A program made the translations under genes and the position numbers. A stretch of 64,000 bases of DNA, taken from the NCBI RefSeq assembly GCF_000315625.1, contig NW_005434607.1, forward strand, positions 366,220 to 430,219. The letters are read 5' to 3'. Numbering within the stretch: position 1 is the stretch's first letter; every line of letters begins with the position of its first letter. The notes under the pieces are model-generated. The model saw only the letters and a program-made list of their open reading frames with translations. It did not search any database and had not been told where the DNA came from. This DNA is from Guillardia theta CCMP2712. Taxonomy: Eukaryota; Protista; Cryptophyta. Below, in pieces: positions 12,341-27,013 of the stretch.

Positions 12341-14252
12341 AGGAAGAATCTCCTACGCTGCATCGATTCAACGTCAGTTCAACGGTTCCAGGTCAAGTCC
12401 CGGTCGGAGTCCCGGCCCCCGGCCGGGTCCGATCACGGACCGGCCCGGCCAGGCCCGGCCCGGCCCCGGGCCCGGAAGTCGTGGCAGTCGGACTTGAAAA
12501 AAAAGAAACAGCAGCACCTCCTAGTCAAGAGCCGCCGAGACTACCCGGCGGCGTGACTGCCCCTTTCTTGATGGCACGGTCCGGCCACCATATCTCAGGT
12601 GCTAAAAAAACCAGCAGGTCAACGTCCCTACGCTGCTGTTAGGTCATCTGATGAAGTGGCCCTCTCAATAATACTACACGTGCTTCACTACTTAGATTAA
12701 ATCCACGGTAGTGTGGCCATGGTCAATGAGCGATGGCTGGCGGGACGGTACCACCCCCGGTAGCCTCCCGGAGTCCTACAGTACCCCCTCCCGTCGGACC
12801 GAGTCCGGGAAGGCTAGATCAAGATCTTTATTTGTTTTATTTGTTCCTGCCGGCGGTCAGTGTGGTGGGGGATGAGGGGGTGGTGCACTTGAAGTACCGG
12901 TTACTGCTAGTTATCGCCAGATAGTTGAACTTGATTAGGTAGGGGTAGCCCGGGGGGTATCGGCTGAGTGACCGTGGCAACTTCTGTCACCTTGAGAACT
13001 TTGAGGGGCCCCTGGGTGGGGTAGTCGAAAGGTACAAGAGATCCCGAAAGGTAGGGTGGGTAGTGATACTATGACACGGTACCGCTCGTCAGGTCCCCCC
13101 GGGGGGTTGCCAGGAGTAAGGGGGTGGGTGAAATGGCAGGTGTACTTCTGATCAAGCCCGGGACTCGACCGAGGGGGGCGCCAAGAGGTTTGTCTGGGGT
13201 AGGGTGGGTACTAAAAACGGGAGTAGGGTAGTGCTTGTTGGTCATAAGCTGAACCCAGTAGAAATTGCTTGAAAACAGGGGTAGCATCCTTAACCCACTG
13301 CCGAGGTACGGTACGGATTGGCCATGATGGCAGGGTGAGTTGTGAGCAAACTTCGGAGGGTGGGGGTGGGGTGCGGTTGGGTGGACTGGGGTGGTCCAGT
13401 GGGGTGGGACCTAACAGTACCGACACTAGGGTCACGGGACTCGGACACCTGGGACACCCACCGTCCCATTTTTGATGGGTAGGCTCGTGAAGTACCCGGT
13501 CCTTTATGATGAATTCAAGGGTATACCAGGGGTAGGGGAACAAACGATCGGGGGGTAGTGACACGGTAAGCCGGGTCCCACATGCAAGCCCAAGATGAGC
13601 GGGATGGGGTGGAGGAGGAGATGGTACTAGTGCAGGACTTGAAGAGGAAGAGGCGACAGCGAGGAGGAGAGGTATTATGCCATCCTGAAGGAGCCTCGGA
13701 GAATGCTCGGAGGAGGCTCGGAGAAGCAGGGTGGTAGTTTGAGCCCGAGGGCTCGCAGGCAGGTCCTGGGGGAGGATCAGGAAGCAGTCTGGATGAAGAA
13801 ATGAATGGCTGGTTCCTTGGAATAGAACGAGAGGAGAAAGATTTGAACTGTTGACGATGCCCTTGGTAACAAGAACAAGTCAAAAATGTATGAGAGGGAA
13901 AACTTAAGATAAGACAGGGACCAGACAGTACAGAATATCTCGCAAACAATGCACATATGACTGACCGATGGGCAACAAGTCTAGAAGGAGCAGAGTGTAC
14001 TGAGGGAACGGTCATGTTGAATCGATATTCTGCGATAGTGTCAGATAGGATCAAGGTTCACATAGAACGGATCGAGATGGGCAACCTAGATTTGTCTTGC
14101 TTGCTCGGATTCATCTTGATTGATTTTTATCAACAGTTGCAAAGATATGAGCTGGGAAGATGTGCAAGTTCGTATTCATTCAAATCATCTCAGCGTGAAA
14201 AGCTTCTGCTGACCCGGAGAGCTTGAGCGCGTCTTGGTCATCGTCGTAAACG

Positions 14253-15664
14253 ATGTCTGAACGTTTGGTTAGACCGCATACAGCCAGTGCGATCTCAGCT
14301 AGGAAGAGGAAGAAGTTCATGCATGACCTGCAGATGCTGGGGGTTCAAGTACCTGGTGCGAGGAAGGGTCAAAGTTCGAGCATGGTGCACCACGTCCCTC
14401 TATCCTCGGACTTGAAACGGAACGATGCCAAGCTGATCAAGATCCTGACACACCAGGACGACGAGAGCTATGGGAACGTCAAGAGCCCGGCCAATGTATC
14501 GAACCTCAAGGACTTCGTCAAGGTCATGGCAGACGATGTGAGCGGCTCGAAGCTCTTGTCGGGCGATGGAGCTGATCTCCATGCAGGCGAAGAAGATGCA
14601 CCGTCAGATGGAAGAGAGATCGCTGCAGGCGAGTGACTGGGGGAACCTCACAGACGAGAAGTACAGGTTTCTCCAGGTCGTGATGGACATGTGCACTGTT
14701 ACTCTCATCTAAACGCTCAAGTAGGAGCAATCGCGCCTTCTCGGCCGCATTGACAGCGAATCGCAATCGAGCGAGAGTTTGTTTGATCCCGGAGAAAATG
14801 ACTTGACAGAGGCCTCCAATTCATCCATGTGAGCTCGGTGATACGTTGCTTGTTCTTCCCTGATGTTTGTTTGTCAGGTCAAGGCAAGACAGGATTGACA
14901 CGACAGTTCTGGAGTATGTAAAGAGAGACCAAAAGCTGACCAAATTCCGAAACATGCACTCCTCCATGCAGGTACAACAAAATATGATTGAATGCTGCAG
15001 TGGCAAGGAGTGACCTTGAGCCAGGATCTCTTTGAGAATCCATACTCTTCAAAGATTCCTGTGGAGTTGGAATCATTGCGAACAAGGTTGACAAGATTGG
15101 AATCGCAAATTCCTTGTGATGAAGGTTGAATCCGCAAATGTCGTGTTGTGCCTGACAGTCTAGTAGATGCGCCGCTCATCAACTTTTCCCTGAATGACTT
15201 GCTGAAGCAACAGCAGAAAGAAAAGGAAAAGAAGCACATGCTGTCTTTGTCGGCGGTGAAAAGCAAGGTGAAATACTCGTTACAACCGCGTCTTGTTGCT
15301 CCACTTACTGGTTTTGACTCTGTAGGACTCCAATGGCGAGCACAATTCGGCTATACATATCAAGTTTAAATCTACAGTAGAGCAGCTGATCGAGGATTAC
15401 AACTTGAGCAAGTCGGGACCAAAGCCCAGGATCTTGACAGTGCTGGACAAGGCGCGTGATGCATTGCAGAGGATTAACGATGAAAGGAGCGAGATCGGGA
15501 GGAAGGAAGGAAATCGAATCTCGATCTCAAGCGTCAGCAGCTCAGCCTCTTCCTCTGAACGATCTACTGCAACTTCTTCGTACAGCAGCTCTTCGAGTAT
15601 CAGTTACGATCTGTTACGACGCCCCTTCTCTGACTATGCGCTGAGTCGAGGGAACAGCTCCTAG
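14253..15664 (+). CDS. Multi-exon hypothetical coiled-coil protein
   Basis: ORF 14253..14636 plus downstream exon pieces, ending in a Ser-rich exon 15404..15664. Short GT-AG introns. Confidence 0.5.
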
Positions 15665-15844
15665 TGCTGCTCTCAACGCTCTATCAGCTCACGCCTCGTT
15701 GCAGCAGCCCATTACTCGTGTAAATTCTTCCTGTATTATTGTGTTCAACGCATGTAAAGAGAATGATGGAATAAAGTAAGTCAAGCCCTACATCTGAATG
15801 CATCTAAAGAGATTGATACGAGGTAATTCAAGTTCTACATCACG

Positions 15845-18231
15845 TTATCTTGAGACCTGCTCTGCTCTCACCTCACCCTTGCGACTCGTGGGATTTGCCC
15901 AGCAGAAGCTTCTCAGTGCATGGTTCACATAGAAAACTTTGCCTGTGTCGTGATCAACTTCCTTCTGCCACCCCTCGGGGAGGGTCAGAGATTCGTTGGA
16001 GCCCGACGATCCCGCTGGGCTTGACTTCAACCCAGGGGACGAGTCTCCTGTCAGTCAAGTCGCAGTCATTCCCAACCCTGCCCAACATGCTCGCTCCCCA
16101 CCTGCATGATCTAAGTGCGGACTCTCCGTTGTAGCGGATGCCTTGTCATCGTGCGCAGGCGCTGCGTTGGAGCCGCCGTGCAGCTTCGCTCGCACAAGTT
16201 GAATCTCAAACGTTTTCTGGGGGCTGCCGAAAGAGTCTGACCTTGACAACTTCAACGTCACGTTGGTCCCCTCCGGGCCTTTGATCTCTTCTACAATCTG
16301 TTTGGGGGTTTGGAACTGCACGTTCTTGCCGTTGACAGCAATCAGAGTGTCTCCTATCATCATCAGCCCGTCCTCCAGCGCCTTCCCGGCAGGTCCTGCG
16401 GGATGAATGTCGGTGATGATGTACCTGTTGGAAGCTGGGTCCGTGTGAAACGACATGCCTATTCCAGCCGTGCTAGAGTTTGACGCTCTTGGTTGCAACG
16501 TCTTGGAATCGTTTTCGTTCACAGGCAGCTTGAGCTTTGGGATGTGAACAGGGAACTTCTTTCCGAGGATGGCGTCATTCTCGATGGGCAACGCCTTGAT
16601 CAATCCTCCATGTTGTTGACTTTCGTTGTTTGACACGTATATCGGAGAGCTGTTCTGTACCTTCCATTCAACTTTCCCATTCGAATCGTGTTGCTCGCTG
16701 CCTTTCGCTTGAGGAGAAGCAGTGCCGCTGGACCCGACCTCGTGATGAATCCCCTCGTGCTCCAAGATCTGCAAGTCTGCTATCCTGGATTCCGACGACC
16801 CTTGGCTCTCATGAGCTCCCGTCGCTCTCTTCCCGACATGCGCCCTATCATCTGAGTCCACCAACATCTTCAACTCGATGATCTGATGGGTCAGCCTCTC
16901 ATTTTCCTTCCTCATGCTCTCTGTCTTCACAAACGCCTCCTTGAGCTCACGGTTTTCTTCTACAAGCGCCTTGAACTCTCCCTCCTGATCAATCCGCTTT
17001 CGCCTCTCGTCTTCCAACGACAATCGAATCTTCTCAAGGTCAATCCTATGTTTGCTTTCAACCAGCTCATTCTTCTGTATCAATGAATCTCTCTCCATCT
17101 TCATATCGTCTCTTTCTTGTACAGCCAAATTGTATTGTTCCATGAGCTGGTTCCGTTCCTCGTGAAACAAAACTTGCATTTCGTTTATCTTTTGTTCATA
17201 TGCATTCACCAGCACACTGTCGTTGGTGTGTTGTTTCTTTTGAGAATTCAATTCAAACTGCAGTTCGTTAATCTTGTTCCGATAATCTTCAATCTCTGCC
17301 CTCAGACTTTTCACAAGCTCTTCAAGTATGTACTTTCGATCTCGGAAAGCTTTTGCCTCCTTCTCCCTCTTGCGATTACATTCAACAAGTCTGGTATGGA
17401 CGTCATGCAGAGAATCTCCATCGTTGAGAATCAGGTTTTGATCTCTTTCGTGCGATGAGTTCGAAGACTGGTACGGTATATCTGACCTATAACTTGGCAA
17501 CTTTCTCTCAAAGCTGAAGTTCGCATGTTCTCGGGGAGATCTTTTGGCAGGGCTAGTTTCCAGATACTGAAACTTAGGAGAAAGCATTGCACTCCTCGAC
17601 GTGCTCTGAGACAGGAGGCGCTCGTAGCTCGTTCGGCTCTGAGGAGACTTCCAGGCTTCAGGCCTCTGATCCCTCGCAGAAGGCGGACTAGGCGTGAAAG
17701 TGCCCTGGCGATCTTGGTAAGGAGTGTTAGAGAGCCGGTCGGGGTAGTACGCCATGCTGCGCATGAGGGAGATGGAGAACTTCTGTGGTTTCTTGCGGTC
17801 ATGACTTCTATCAAACGTGAGGTGCACTGTCGTTCCGTGGGGGCCGGGGAGCTGCGGTTGCTCGTGAGGAGGGGTTGTTTCGCTCAGCGCCAGGTCGAAC
17901 TCATTGATTGCACAAAGGCGATCCCCGGGGTAGATCAAACTGCTGGCAAAGGCTGGACCATCAGGGAGAACCTCTTTCACGACCAGGTAGTGAGAGTCCT
18001 CCTCCCTCGAGAAGATGATTCCAACCCCCCCCAGACGCCCGGCATTGTCTGTACATGAAGAACCAAGTCAGGGGATTGGACATGCTGGAAAAAGGGCTCT
18101 AGAGGAATTGAACAGGTATTACCTATGTTGTAATTCTTGCTGTAGTTCCAGTTGCTTCCGATCATTCTTGATTCAGCTGATGCATTCTCGATGAAAGGTG
18201 GGAAGCAGTTCCTTGTCAGCCTTCTCAGCAT
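15845..18231 (-). CDS. PDZ - coiled coil - PDZ - WW domain protein
   Basis: PDZ1: GGVGIIFSREEDSHYLVVKEVLPDGPA..IYPGDRLCAIN. PDZ2: GIGMSF..IITDIHPAGPA..IGDTLIAVNG..IKGPEGTNVTL. WW: LPEGWQKEVDHDTGKVFYVNH..CWANP. Probable first exon starts at ATG 18231. Confidence 0.85.
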
Positions 18232-19786
18232 CTTTGATCAGAGCCTTGCACGCATGGATGCAAGTCGCTACAGAACATGTTTGCAGAGAATTTTGTAGAG
18301 AACATGGCTGCTGGCTGTTGAATGGAGGACAAGGAGAGAGGGGATGTGCGGTGTGACATGCTTGTGAAGTATCCCAACATAATCCAACATCGCTCAACAT
18401 CGAGAGAAGCCATGCTTCAGGAAGAGAAATGGCCTCGGCAAGAGAAGTCTCAACAGAGCATGCACCGATGAAAATGGCACATCACAAAGACATTCAGTTC
18501 GAGGAGGAAGGAACGAAACATTAGTGATGGGAGGGAATGAGTGTGGATAGCGTGGCTGAGCCCAAGTAAAGATAAGAATGTGAAGGATGGACCACCTTGC
18601 TTGCTGCATGCATGCCCTCTTCTCTGTAACTTTCCATCGCTAACCCTCCCTTTCCTTCATCTTCCTACATTCGTTCCCTACTGAATGCGGCATGTGCCTG
18701 TAGCTGTCATGCAAATTAGCAGCGCCATGCCTGATTCAAAAAAAGGCCTGGACCCCCACCCCAGCCTTATATCAACCACGGAGCCACCCCTACTAGCCTA
18801 GGGTTACAGATCACCACCCACCCCTCCTTGTATTGTGTAAGGGTGGGGTAGACTATTCACTGAAGTCAGTCAAGTACCGTACCCGGTGACCGGTACGATC
18901 ACCATGATGACCCCTACCGGGCCATATTTCGGACCTTCCATCAACTGGCAGGAGTCGGACGGCCCTCCCCCCGGCCGCGCCCGGTGTCTCTCCCCCGGGC
19001 CCGGCCACTGAGCTACTATTAAGAGATCCGAGGCCCGGAGCCGGCCGCGGCCCGGTGACGGTGACTCTGTGATCCGTACTGTCGCTCCCGGGTCGCACCC
19101 TCCGCGGCGCACCCAGTCGCTCGGATGCCAGCGCGGCACGCGGCGCCGCCGGGCCCGGCTGAGGAACATGCCCAGTGCCGCAGTCACGCCCCGCGGCTGC
19201 GGGCTCGACTGACTGGGCCTACGGTAAAATGCTTTTTATGCTGTACCTTGTTTTGCTTGCAATCAAGAATATTGGTAATGTTTTGGGGAAATATGAGTAC
19301 TTAAATTGAATTGAGTATTTATTTTGTACCATATTTGTAACTCAAATGCTTACTTCTATTGATATTAAAACTCTTTTAGAATCAATCATTCTACGCCCCG
19401 GCGGGCGAAAGGGGGAAAGCTGGGGTATATTTTGAGGGTGGGGTATACTACCCCACCATACATTTTTCATTGTAATTCCCATAGAAAATGGGGGTGTAAT
19501 GGCGGAACCCTTAGGGGGTCAACGAGACGTGTACCCTTCCTTTGGCATTCTGATGAGCTAGGGAAGACATGGGTACTGGACAGTACACAGAGGGGGTGGG
19601 GATACCATTGTTTATTTCCTCCTTTCCCCGGATCCATGTCCCCGTAGCGAACAACAAGGAGCAAGTGAGATGGATTGAGGAGCGAGGGGAGCGAGGCAAA
19701 GGACGATGAACGAGCTAGATGATGAGGAGTCAAGAGACATGGAAGGACGCCGTTGGCATGGCGAGGATGCGGATGACGTGTTTCAA

Positions 19787-22024
19787 TGTTCGCCGATGAC
19801 TCACCTGTCCTGCCAGACCTGGAATCCGCCTCTATGCCATTCTCTGCGTGAGACCTGCAACAGCTCTCAGGGTAGGGATCGTTAGACCCTCTCACATGCT
19901 TGATTCTGACCCGTGGTCCTCTCCAGTGTCATGCGCACTTCAGGAAGTGAAGAACCCATCACTTCGGTAAAGCGTTAACTCCAGTAGAGTGTTTTGATCT
20001 TGTTTAGGTTGAGGTGGTGGGGCAGCATGCGTTGAAGATGGGTTGGATGGAGAAGGAGACAGAAGAGAAGATGTTCAAGTCTTGGCAATCAAGGTTCGCC
20101 ATCCTCACAGGATGGGATGGGCGCGAAGCACACATTTTCTATTACGACAAGGAGACGGATAAGGCAAGGGTCGAAGGTGGAGAGGGCTGAGGAGCTGACG
20201 CAGATCCGAAGGAGGCCAGTGGGATTTTGTTCATACACGACATGGAGCTACAGCAAGACAAGGACGAGCATATCCTGACGCTGCAGGTAGAAAGTTTGAC
20301 GGTGCAGTCAAGGGAGATAAGAAATTTTTGTTCAGGGGAGCCAAAGGAGGTTTCGATTTCGCTGCTCGACTAGCGAACTAGCAAGGTGAGGCGGATCGAG
20401 ATGAGGAAGAAGAGAAGAGAAGGAGGGAAGGGAACGAGGGGAGCTTCTGTAAGAGTTCTCGCGAGCAGAACTTGGAGGGTGGCAATCTTGGAAGCGCAAC
20501 ATAACGGCGGTCACAAGTGCGTAACGCCCTCGAGAAGCAGAGAGTGTGTCGCTGAGCTGTTGGGCTCAGGTGCAAGGCAGGGGAATCGAGCATGGCGTGG
20601 ATGGCGGAGAAGCATGCGAAGACGTGCGAGAAATGCCGACAGGTGTTTGAGGCTGACGTGAGAGTGATGATGTGCCGCTGAGATGAGAGTGTCATCCAGG
20701 TGTTCTCTGCAACCAACAGGAAGCATCATTGCAGATGCTGCGGCAGGTTCGCTCTTCTGGCCCAGTGCATGCTCTTGCCGACTTCCTTTCGCTATACAGG
20801 ATCTTTTGTTCAGTTTGCAGCTCCAACGACAAAATCTCCCTTGCGCCTTACAAGGACCCTGTAAGGTGCTGCAACCTGTGCTCGGATACGCAGCAGCATC
20901 TTATCTCTGAGGTCGCTCACCCTCTTGCGTCCCGTGTTGCTTACTTGCTGGTTACCAAAAGATGCGGGAGCGACAACTCCGAGTGGAGAAGTTCGTGGCG
21001 AAGTACCTCGAGCTGCTCGAGACTGGAGGACACTTTGTGGATGGCGAGAGGTAGGAGGAGGTGGCGGTACTTCTTGTGGTTGAGGAGGAGGAGGAGGAGG
21101 AGGAAAAGGCGATAGTGGCGGTTGTGGAGGAGATGGAAGAGAAGGTGTAGAAGGAAGAGGACGGGTTTGGTGAAAACATCCCTGCATGGATATATGACGG
21201 GCGAGGAGACAGCAGCATTGGAAGATTGAGTTGGTCGGGTTGAGGGCAGAGGGCGAGAGTTGGGGGCAGGATGGGGGACGCTTGTCTGACACGTGTCGAA
21301 CAGATCGGACGTACAGCGAGACATCAAGATCGACGGGGCGATGGGAACTTCCTTGCAGTTCCGCAACCTGATCATCACCGAGACTGTGGACGTTTCAGCC
21401 CTGGCGGACAAGAGCTTCGCCACAGGCGTCGGGATTGCGCATGGGATCAAGGCGGCGACGCTGCGGGGCATCAAGACAATTCGGGGAGTCCACAAGGTCG
21501 ACAGCACGCATATCGTCAACGCCTTCCGGCCCGAGCAGGCGCGGCAGAACATCGTGGGAGCAGCAGCGACGGTGGGAGGAGGAGTGGTTGGGTTTGCTAA
21601 GGACACTATCGCCATGGCCAACACCATCATGGATGGGGTTGAGGGGCCGCGGGTGCGGAACGTGATGATCAAGGACATCATAGGGGCGTCGGACTGCGCG
21701 GGGAACCCTGTGATGATCAAGACGCTGAACAAGAAGGCTATCAACGGCTTCGTCATCATGTTCAAGGACGAGGAGGGGGAGGAGAAGGACCTTGTGTGCA
21801 TCGCCGAGTCGTCGGAGGAGAAGAGCGCATGGCTGAGCGCTCTGACCGAGCTCAAGGTCGTGGCCGACGACGCTGGGGCGGATCTCCTGGTCTTCAAGAA
21901 AGAGATGGACCAGCGCAATGAAGACATCAAGGCCAAGATCTCGCAGAGGAAGCAGATGCGCAAGCACAAGGTCATGAGGGAAGCCGGTGCGCTCCCCTCT
22001 AGCCCGGAGAACGAGAACGAATGA
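19787..22024 (+). CDS. PH + FYVE zinc finger + PH-like domain protein, multi-exon
   Basis: PH: KMGWMEKE..KSWQSRFAIL. FYVE across exons: FSATNRKHHCRCCG/RIFCSVCS..PVRCCNLC. PH-like end: IAESSEEKSAWLSAL. Confidence 0.8.
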
Positions 22025-22285
22025 CGTCCTACTGCCTCGCTCGTCACCTCGTCCTTGTAGACTAACCCCACAGACACACCTAACGCTTTCATGCCGAGCA
22101 GCAGCCGCAGCATTTACACCATAGAAAAGTGACCTCTTCTAGGCCTCTCTTCCAGGTTTCACTCCCCACCTCTCGGTGGAGGATTTTTCGTGTGAACCCC
22201 AAGTAAAACTCCGAGACACTAGAGAGTTGAGATACGAGATTCATTTCATTCTATCGAAGACATCTGCAGCGGTCGCTTGCAGCCT

Positions 22286-23100
22286 CTACTCGAGGAAGGG
22301 TCCTCCAGTAAGCTTGTCGATGCACTTCAGGCGGTTGGACAAGTACTGCACAAGCACAGTCAGACTGCTTGCTTGAGCGAGGAGAAAGGTGAGGAGGAGG
22401 CTGAGGAGGAGCAGGAAAGGGGAAGGGAAAGAGCTAAGAGGAATTCTACTCACGTCAAACTGCTGAACGCAGTAATCGATGCGGCCCTTGTTCTTGTAGA
22501 TGTTAGTCCAGGTGTTCCTTGAGGAGCCAAGGGGGGGAACGTAGCCAGCAGGTGGTTCAGGGATTCCTTCGAGCTTGAAAAACATGCTGCGACATCAGAG
22601 TCAGTACCACGGAAAATGAGGGAGGTGCGGGAAGTCGAAGGGAGGGGAAGTAAGTGAGGAAAGATTTTGTCGGTGTACGGAAGGACTGGAAGCCTTTCAG
22701 CAGGCCGACACCTAGGACTCAGGATCTCTAGTCCAACATCTTCATGATCGAAACGCAAGCAACAAATCCCACTCCTCACTTGCATGTGTTATATAACACC
22801 TCTCTTCTCTCACGATGGTCCTGATGACTTCAGGAGAGCCATGCACTATAACAACTCAGTCCCTAACGACTCTTGACCTTCCAACATTAAGTTAAACTAT
22901 CTTGGTTCTCAAAACTGCATGAAGATTCGAAGTCTGCAGCATGAGCCTCGCTTCCACTGCACAGGATCCTGATCCTGGATCGAGGAATCGATCCAGCTCC
23001 TCGTTGCTTTATCCCTTTGCTAGCACTCCTGATGAGATTCCCATTCCTCGGAATCCCTTGAAATTCAACTCAACACACAAACCTACTTGAAGTACCCTCT
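22286..23100 (-). CDS. Small multi-exon hypothetical protein; 5' end uncertain
   Basis: Exons MFFKLEGIPEPPAGYVPPLG..YCVQQFD and ASSLTVLVQYLSNRLKCIDKLTGGPFLE* flank a pyrimidine-rich intron. Confidence 0.35.
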
Positions 23101-24572
23101 CGTCCCGAGCGTACTTCATTTTTCTCCTTTCATGATGCCCCGAATCTGAATTCTATACTGGATTATGCCTTCCAAACCACCATCCTACCTTCTCACATTC
23201 ACTCTTGATCATCTCTGAACCCATATTCCACCTGTACCTACTCCTCTCTTCCTTCTTTCTCCTCCTCTGCCCCCTCCTCCTCCTCTGCCCCCTCCTCCTG
23301 TTTCCCTCCCCGCCCGCCATGAACCGCGAGGTCTGCGAAGAGTCGCGGCTCCTCCACGTCACTTTTAAAGCTAAAATCAATAAATAAATGACAGATATTT
23401 CAATTGGTACTTATGGACACAAGATGTCCCGGTACTTCTCATTTTTACAATTATATATATGACACACATACCAGAAATTTGTAATGTTATGATACAGATT
23501 TTCACGAAAGGTTGTACCAAAATTTTGTACAATATATAATAAATTCTCGTACAGATTCTATTAATGAACGTTTCGGACTTCAGTTCACACTGACCCCAGT
23601 ACCAGTAAAACTGACTTGCCTTTACTCAAAGTTAAAACTAGTACTAGCTCGTAACTACGGGTCACTGAGTATGCACTGTCCGACCGGCGGGCCCGGGCCG
23701 GGCGGCCGGCCCGGCTCGGAGCCTGTGACGGTTAACTTCTTACTCAAAGTTAAGTTAAAAACCGTAAACTCCACTGCAGTGTCAGTGCAAGCCGCCCGCC
23801 GCCCCAGCCCGGCGGCCCCGGGCGCGTCACTCATTTTTGAATTTCGTCCAACATGATGCCCGGCCATCATCGGCCCGAATCATGATCTGACCGTGACAGC
23901 GGGCCCCTTTCAAGTTTATCGTAGTACGGTCTTCAAGTTTAGGTTAAAAATCATTACGAGGACAATAAGGAGAGTAGAGGAGGCTTGACACTGACACTGT
24001 CGCACAGGCCATACCGTATCAGTCTTCTTTACTCACTTGAAGCTAAGTTATATGAACATTATTGAAATCAGTACGAGGCCGAGGACACTGGTGCTTGACC
24101 CGGCTGACCGTGAGACACTGTCACACAGGCCATACAGCGAGAAGAGAAAAGAAAGTGAGAACTAGTTATCCGTCCGATCACGCTCACAGTCCGTCTTTGA
24201 CTGTCAAGAAAGCTTCGACAGTGCGGTGGTTTCCCTCAGCTCAGTCACGAACACAGACGGCCCTCGGCGGCAGCTGGACTGCCCTGAGTGAACTTCGGCG
24301 AGAATCGACTGGTCGCCAAGGGAAAGCAAGAGAGAATTGAGAGGAGGGAGAAGCTGAAAAGTACCAAGAGACATGAGCGAAGCACGCAAAACATCGTTGA
24401 GCATCGACAGGGGGGAGAACAGACTTTCAGTAGTTGGGGAACACGGAGGATGTGGGGTGGGGGGAGGGGAATCCATCAAAATGGTTGAATTTGGCGTGGG
24501 AGGAGGAAGAAGTTGTGGAGGGAGAGACAGAGGAGGAGGAGGAGGGATTGGGCATACCAAAGACGAATCTGT

Positions 24573-25290
24573 TCAACTGTTCAGGATGGCGTCGTTCGAT
24601 ATCACGATGTTAATCTTGTTCGCCTTCCTTCGGGGCACGCGATTGTCTCCCTGCGTTGCCGATCGCTGTTCACAAGCCACCTCATGCAGATCATGCCTTG
24701 GAGCTCCTTCCATCACTGCGGCAGCCAGCTTCCTCGAGCGCATGGTCTGCCAGACGAAAGGATTCCCGTCCTCCGTCCTGGCTCGGTCACCATGCACAGC
24801 AGCTCTTACGGCGGATGGATCCTGGTACGGATTCGAATCACCTTGCCACTCGGTGGGCTGGCAGGAAAGATAGGAGATGTCCTCGCTCCTCTCCCACAAG
24901 AATGCTGACTTGAGGACCATCTGATAATCTCGGTGAGAGTCAACAGGGGGCTCGCTGGTGTGTTTGTTCTCCGCGTCTCTCAGGAAGTACACGTGCATGG
25001 AGGTGATGATGTAAGGATCGCCAGGAGAAACTTTTCGCTTGAAGGAGCTGTGTAGACGAACAGCGCCAGGAACCTTGTCGTTCCCCTGCTGGAAATCGCA
25101 CGGCCTGCATTCATCGCCAATGGTTATGAAAACGTTCTTCAACAACTGAGAGCTCGGCGGCTTCTTGAAGGTTGAGGTGAGGGAGATTCTGTCTGCTCCC
25201 TCTACCTCTGCTACCCTTCCCAGGTCTCTGTACCTCGATGACCGCAGCCATGCTCTGCACAGCCGCGTTCCACCGTTTCTACTCCGCATC
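24573..25290 (-). CDS. Hypothetical protein
   Basis: Open frame of ~240 codons with normal composition. No recognisable domain. Confidence 0.45.
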
Positions 25291-27013
25291 GCCTCTGCCT
25301 GTGCCTTTCCTTGCTTAGCCTTACCTACCCCCAACGTATACCACCCACCCCCCCTTTCTCAAGACCCCCACCCCCTTCCCCCTCAACAGTCTATGGTTCA
25401 ACCTTCGGTACCCCCACCCTGAAACTGTTGTCCACCCCACCAGGAAAGGCAGTACTACCCCACCATACATAACCTCAAAATTTTCAGTAGACACAAATGC
25501 GTCATACAAATCCCTCTTCTATAATAAGTTTTAACTTCAAATTTGTACCAGAAAAATAGTTGAGATTTTCTTTGTACTGGTTGTTGCCGGCACCATTTCT
25601 TGGCTACCCTGTGTGGCTCCCAGCTACCCTGCGTACCCCTACACTTGTTATTGTAAACCACCCCTGCAAATCGTTTCAGTTCAATCACCCCACCCATGCT
25701 TTCTCAAATATCACCCCACCCTTGGTTATAGAAATTCCACCCACCCTTGACTGAGAGGTTTTCATAAGTCCCTACCCTATTCACATCAGGTACCCCTACC
25801 TACTATTTGTTCAATAGTACCCCACCTATCCTTAGAATCCGGTTTCTTGGTGATGAAAATGCGCATCAGGCTGTCAAAGCGGTGGCGCGAGAAGGACTGA
25901 TGAAAGATATGAGAGGAGGGGGAGAGAAGGAGGGATAGAGGGTGTGTCAGTGAGTTGAGAGCAGTGAGGGAAGGAGGGAGAGCTTGATGAGAGGAGAGGC
26001 GAGGAGAGGCGAGGATGAGTGCCCTTTGCACAGGTGAAAAGAGAACCATGGGGGAGGTGAGGGTGATAGAATGGAAGATCGATTGATAGGGGCGAAGACC
26101 TGCTATGATGATTGCGATAAAAACAATGATGATGTGAAGGAGGAGCAGGAGCAGGAGCAGGAGCAGAAGGAGGATGGGGATGGTGGTGGGGTGGTGGTGA
26201 TGGTGGTGATGACGATGACGAGGAGGAGCAGGAGGAGGACAATGGTTGTGATGGTATTGATGATAAGGAGCAGGATCAGGATCAGGATCAGGAACAGAAG
26301 GATTGTGTTGTTGTTGTTATCATTGATGATGACGATGATGAGAAGGAGGAGGAGGAGATCCCTTCTGGTGATTCATCTGATCTGGAGAGCTGAGATGAGG
26401 GCGGCAAATTTCTCGTGACCTGTTTCGCCTGAATGATTGGAATGAGCGCTTTGAAAGAAGTCAGATGTTAATTTCCTGGAAAAACTAGAAGAGTCTAGCA
26501 GGAACCGAGGTCTTCTCGTTTGAAGATGTAGTCATACGTATGATTATCTTGGTGTTGGCGTACAAAGATGAAAATGCTATTTCCTTGGGCTTTGACTCAT
26601 CTAGGAAACTCTGCTAGACTGTGGAAAGGAGGAAGCATCAGTTTATTAGGAGGCAGGAACTTCTGATGCTCGAATGAAGCATTGCTGGTTAAGGTTACTG
26701 ACGTGTTGTACAAACAGGCAGAGATATCTTCAGATGCAGCGCGCTTTCGCCGGCCTCGGTCGTGGACGTTGCTAAGAATTCGGATGGGGTTCTGATACAG
26801 TCCTTGTGAATCGTCTCCACAAGTATTCGCCCTCACAAGCCTTGAGACCTGGACGTGAAGAGCAGAAGTCCAAGTATTCCTCTCCACATCGCTCGCCCCT
26901 ATTCCTTCCAGTTACACAGAGCTCGGCTCTTTCGTACAGGCTGGGCGGCAATTTTTCTTGGGATTCATACTGTGTTGTGCAAAGCGCACAAGCAGGGAGT
27001 GAGGATTTCTCCG

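Noticed and set aside
18020-18045. Apparent frameshift in a G8 run at the start of the PDZ gene
   Set aside because: An upstream AG acceptor gives an in-frame NAGRLGGVGII, so no frameshift is needed.
20941-22113. 390-aa minus-strand ORF
   Set aside because: Antisense shadow of the plus-strand PH/FYVE gene.
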